Source: an uncultured Deferribacteres bacterium
Lineage (GTDB): Bacteria; Zhuqueibacterota; Zhuqueibacteria; Zhuqueibacterales; Geothermadaptataceae
DNA: 29,449 nt
Direction of reading: 5' to 3'
Assembly: GCA_964014485.1 (NCBI GenBank)
Contig: CAXHAT010000090.1
Coordinates: 1-29,449 of the forward strand
In this document: positions 28,333 through 29,449 of the stretch, in pieces
Layout of the letters: the number at the start of each line of letters is the position of its first letter
How positions within the stretch are numbered: position 1 is the stretch's first letter
The notes under the pieces: model-generated
What the model was told of the DNA's origin: nothing
Seen by the model: only the letters and a program-made list of their open reading frames with translations
The model's database searches: none
Program-made: the position numbers and the translations under genes

Positions 28333-29236
28333 ATTCTACAATTTGCTCGGCCTCGCCCGACGCGCCGGACGTGTTGCGCTGGGCGCTCACGCTGTTGAAA
28401 AAAGCTTAAAAAACAACAAGGCGTTCCTCGTTTTTTTTGCCGAAGACGTTGCCGACAACACCAGAGAAAGCGTGTTGCAGCACATAGGCAAACGCCAATT
28501 TTTTATTTCCGGGACAAAGCAAACCTGGGGAGAATATTTCGGCAGAAAAGAGCTTGGCGTGTTCGCGATTTTAAATCCGAATTTTGCGCGCGGACTGCTT
28601 GAAGAATTAGGCGATCTTACACCGAATCCGCAACCGGAGGCCAGCGAACCTGAACCGCTCGCTTCACACGTTTCCAAAGATAAGATTCGCAAAAGAGCTT
28701 TGGCGGCCAGACGGAAACTTTCGAGAGACGTTCGTCGCGGAGCCAGTCGAAGAATTGCCAAAGATCTTCTCGGCTCTGAAATCTACCAAAATGCAAAAAT
28801 CATCCACTGCTACATTTCCTTGCCGGAAGAAGTCGATACTCGATTCATTATTTCAAGGGCTTTGAAGGAAGGGAAAAAGGTCATCGTGCCAAAAACAAAA
28901 GCAATTTCAGGCGGACTCGATCATTTTAATTTATCGAGCTTAGATCATTTAGTCCCCGGCGCGTTCGGAATTCTTGAACCTGATCCGGATAAATGCAAAA
29001 AACTCACCAAGGCGGAACCTGATCTCGTCATTGTGCCGGGCGTGTCATTTGACAAAAAGGGCAATCGCATCGGGTTTGGCAAAGGATATTATGATCGGTT
29101 CTTGAGTGAAACGTCGGGTATAAAAATTGGGTTGGCATTTTCCGTTCAAATGGTTCGAAAGGCGGCGGCTGAGACGCATGACGTTCGAATGCACCGGGTT
29201 TTTACGGAAAACGAAATGATTACTGTCGCCAAGTAA
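28322..29236 (+). CDS. Fusion protein: L7Ae/YlxQ RNA-binding domain + Pro-rich linker + 5-formyltetrahydrofolate cyclo-ligase
   Basis: aa 1-96 LLGLARRAGRVALG...LVFFAEDVADNT...GR...AILNPNFA (YlxQ-like); linker TPNPQPEASEPEP; aa ~117-304 KDKIRK, EVDT, FGILEP, DLVIVPGVSFDKKGNRIGFGKGYYDRFL, HDV (YgfA/Fau/MTHFS). TTG start overlaps ylxR by 11 nt. Confidence 0.9.
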   Translation: MNRKFYNLLGLARRAGRVALGAHAVEKSLKNNKAFLVFFAEDVADNTRESVLQHIGKRQFFISGTKQTWGEYFGRKELGVFAILNPNFARGLLEELGDLTPNPQPEASEPEPLASHVSKDKIRKRALAARRKLSRDVRRGASRRIAKDLLGSEIYQNAKIIHCYISLPEEVDTRFIISRALKEGKKVIVPKTKAISGGLDHFNLSSLDHLVPGAFGILEPDPDKCKKLTKAEPDLVIVPGVSFDKKGNRIGFGKGYYDRFLSETSGIKIGLAFSVQMVRKAAAETHDVRMHRVFTENEMITVAK

Positions 29237-29250
29237 GGCAAAGGGCGAAA

Positions 29251-29295
29251 AAATCTAAAATTAGATTTGAAAATCTTGCCAAAATCATTTATAAT
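29251..29295 (+). promoter_or_regulatory. Putative sigma70 promoter with a palindrome overlapping the -35; target lies beyond the window
   Basis: TTGAAA (29267-29272), 17-nt spacer, TATAAT (29290-29295); palindrome AAATCTAA-AA-TTAGATTT at 29251-29268. Confidence 0.6.
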
Positions 29296-29358
29296 TAATG
29301 ACTCTCTACCTGACACTTTTTTGTAAACTGCATTTTCGAGCCGTCTAAAGGCCCCGTT

Positions 29359-29449
29359 TTGTCATTGAAGGAATCTTTGTTATCGCCCGGTGCGGATCAT
29401 GCTCAAAAGTTCAAGGGTTGGATCAAAAAAGATGCTTTCAGCATGACAA
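29359..29449. repeat. Palindromic MITE/RPE-like repeat, family B, copy 2 (at the window end)
   Basis: TTGTCATTGAAGGAATCTTT ... AAAGATGCTTTCAGCATGACAA; similar to 2069-2150 with a short internal insertion. Confidence 0.85.

Noticed and set aside
29237..29449. 6S RNA next to the cyclo-ligase gene (common ssrS-ygfA synteny)
   Set aside because: There is no space upstream of the fused gene, and the downstream sequence is explained by a promoter and the family B repeat. An Rfam cmsearch would be needed to exclude it fully.

Overview
A 29.4-kb bacterial fragment of roughly 50% GC that is probably a whole metagenomic contig: it begins with an untrimmed Nextera adapter (11-44) and stops exactly at the end of a palindromic repeat. 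A TonB-dependent receptor, a DUF5916 outer-membrane protein and a lipoprotein peptidase indicate a Gram-negative host; an FCB-like lineage is a guess only. Most genes are unlinked housekeeping or metabolic genes: partial smc, 4-hydroxybutyryl-CoA dehydratase (abfD), an orphan NarL-type regulator, an M16 peptidase, a malic enzyme, a GH1 beta-glucosidase, a Cys-rich ECF sigma factor, an orphan livM, a hisA 3' remnant, OsmC/YhfA, an SplB-like radical SAM protein, a metallophosphoesterase, a CDGSH protein and pruA. The most unusual coding feature is a pruA-ylxR-[ylxQ/L7Ae fused to 5-formyl-THF cyclo-ligase] gene cluster, outside the usual nusA-infB context of ylxR/ylxQ. Intergenic DNA carries at least four families of palindromic REP/REPIN/MITE-like elements, one with clear compensatory base changes, and an 81-bp diverged duplication. 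No CRISPR array, tRNA, rRNA, transposase, integrase, reverse transcriptase or phage gene was recognised. All family calls come from motif recognition by eye; no database searches were run.
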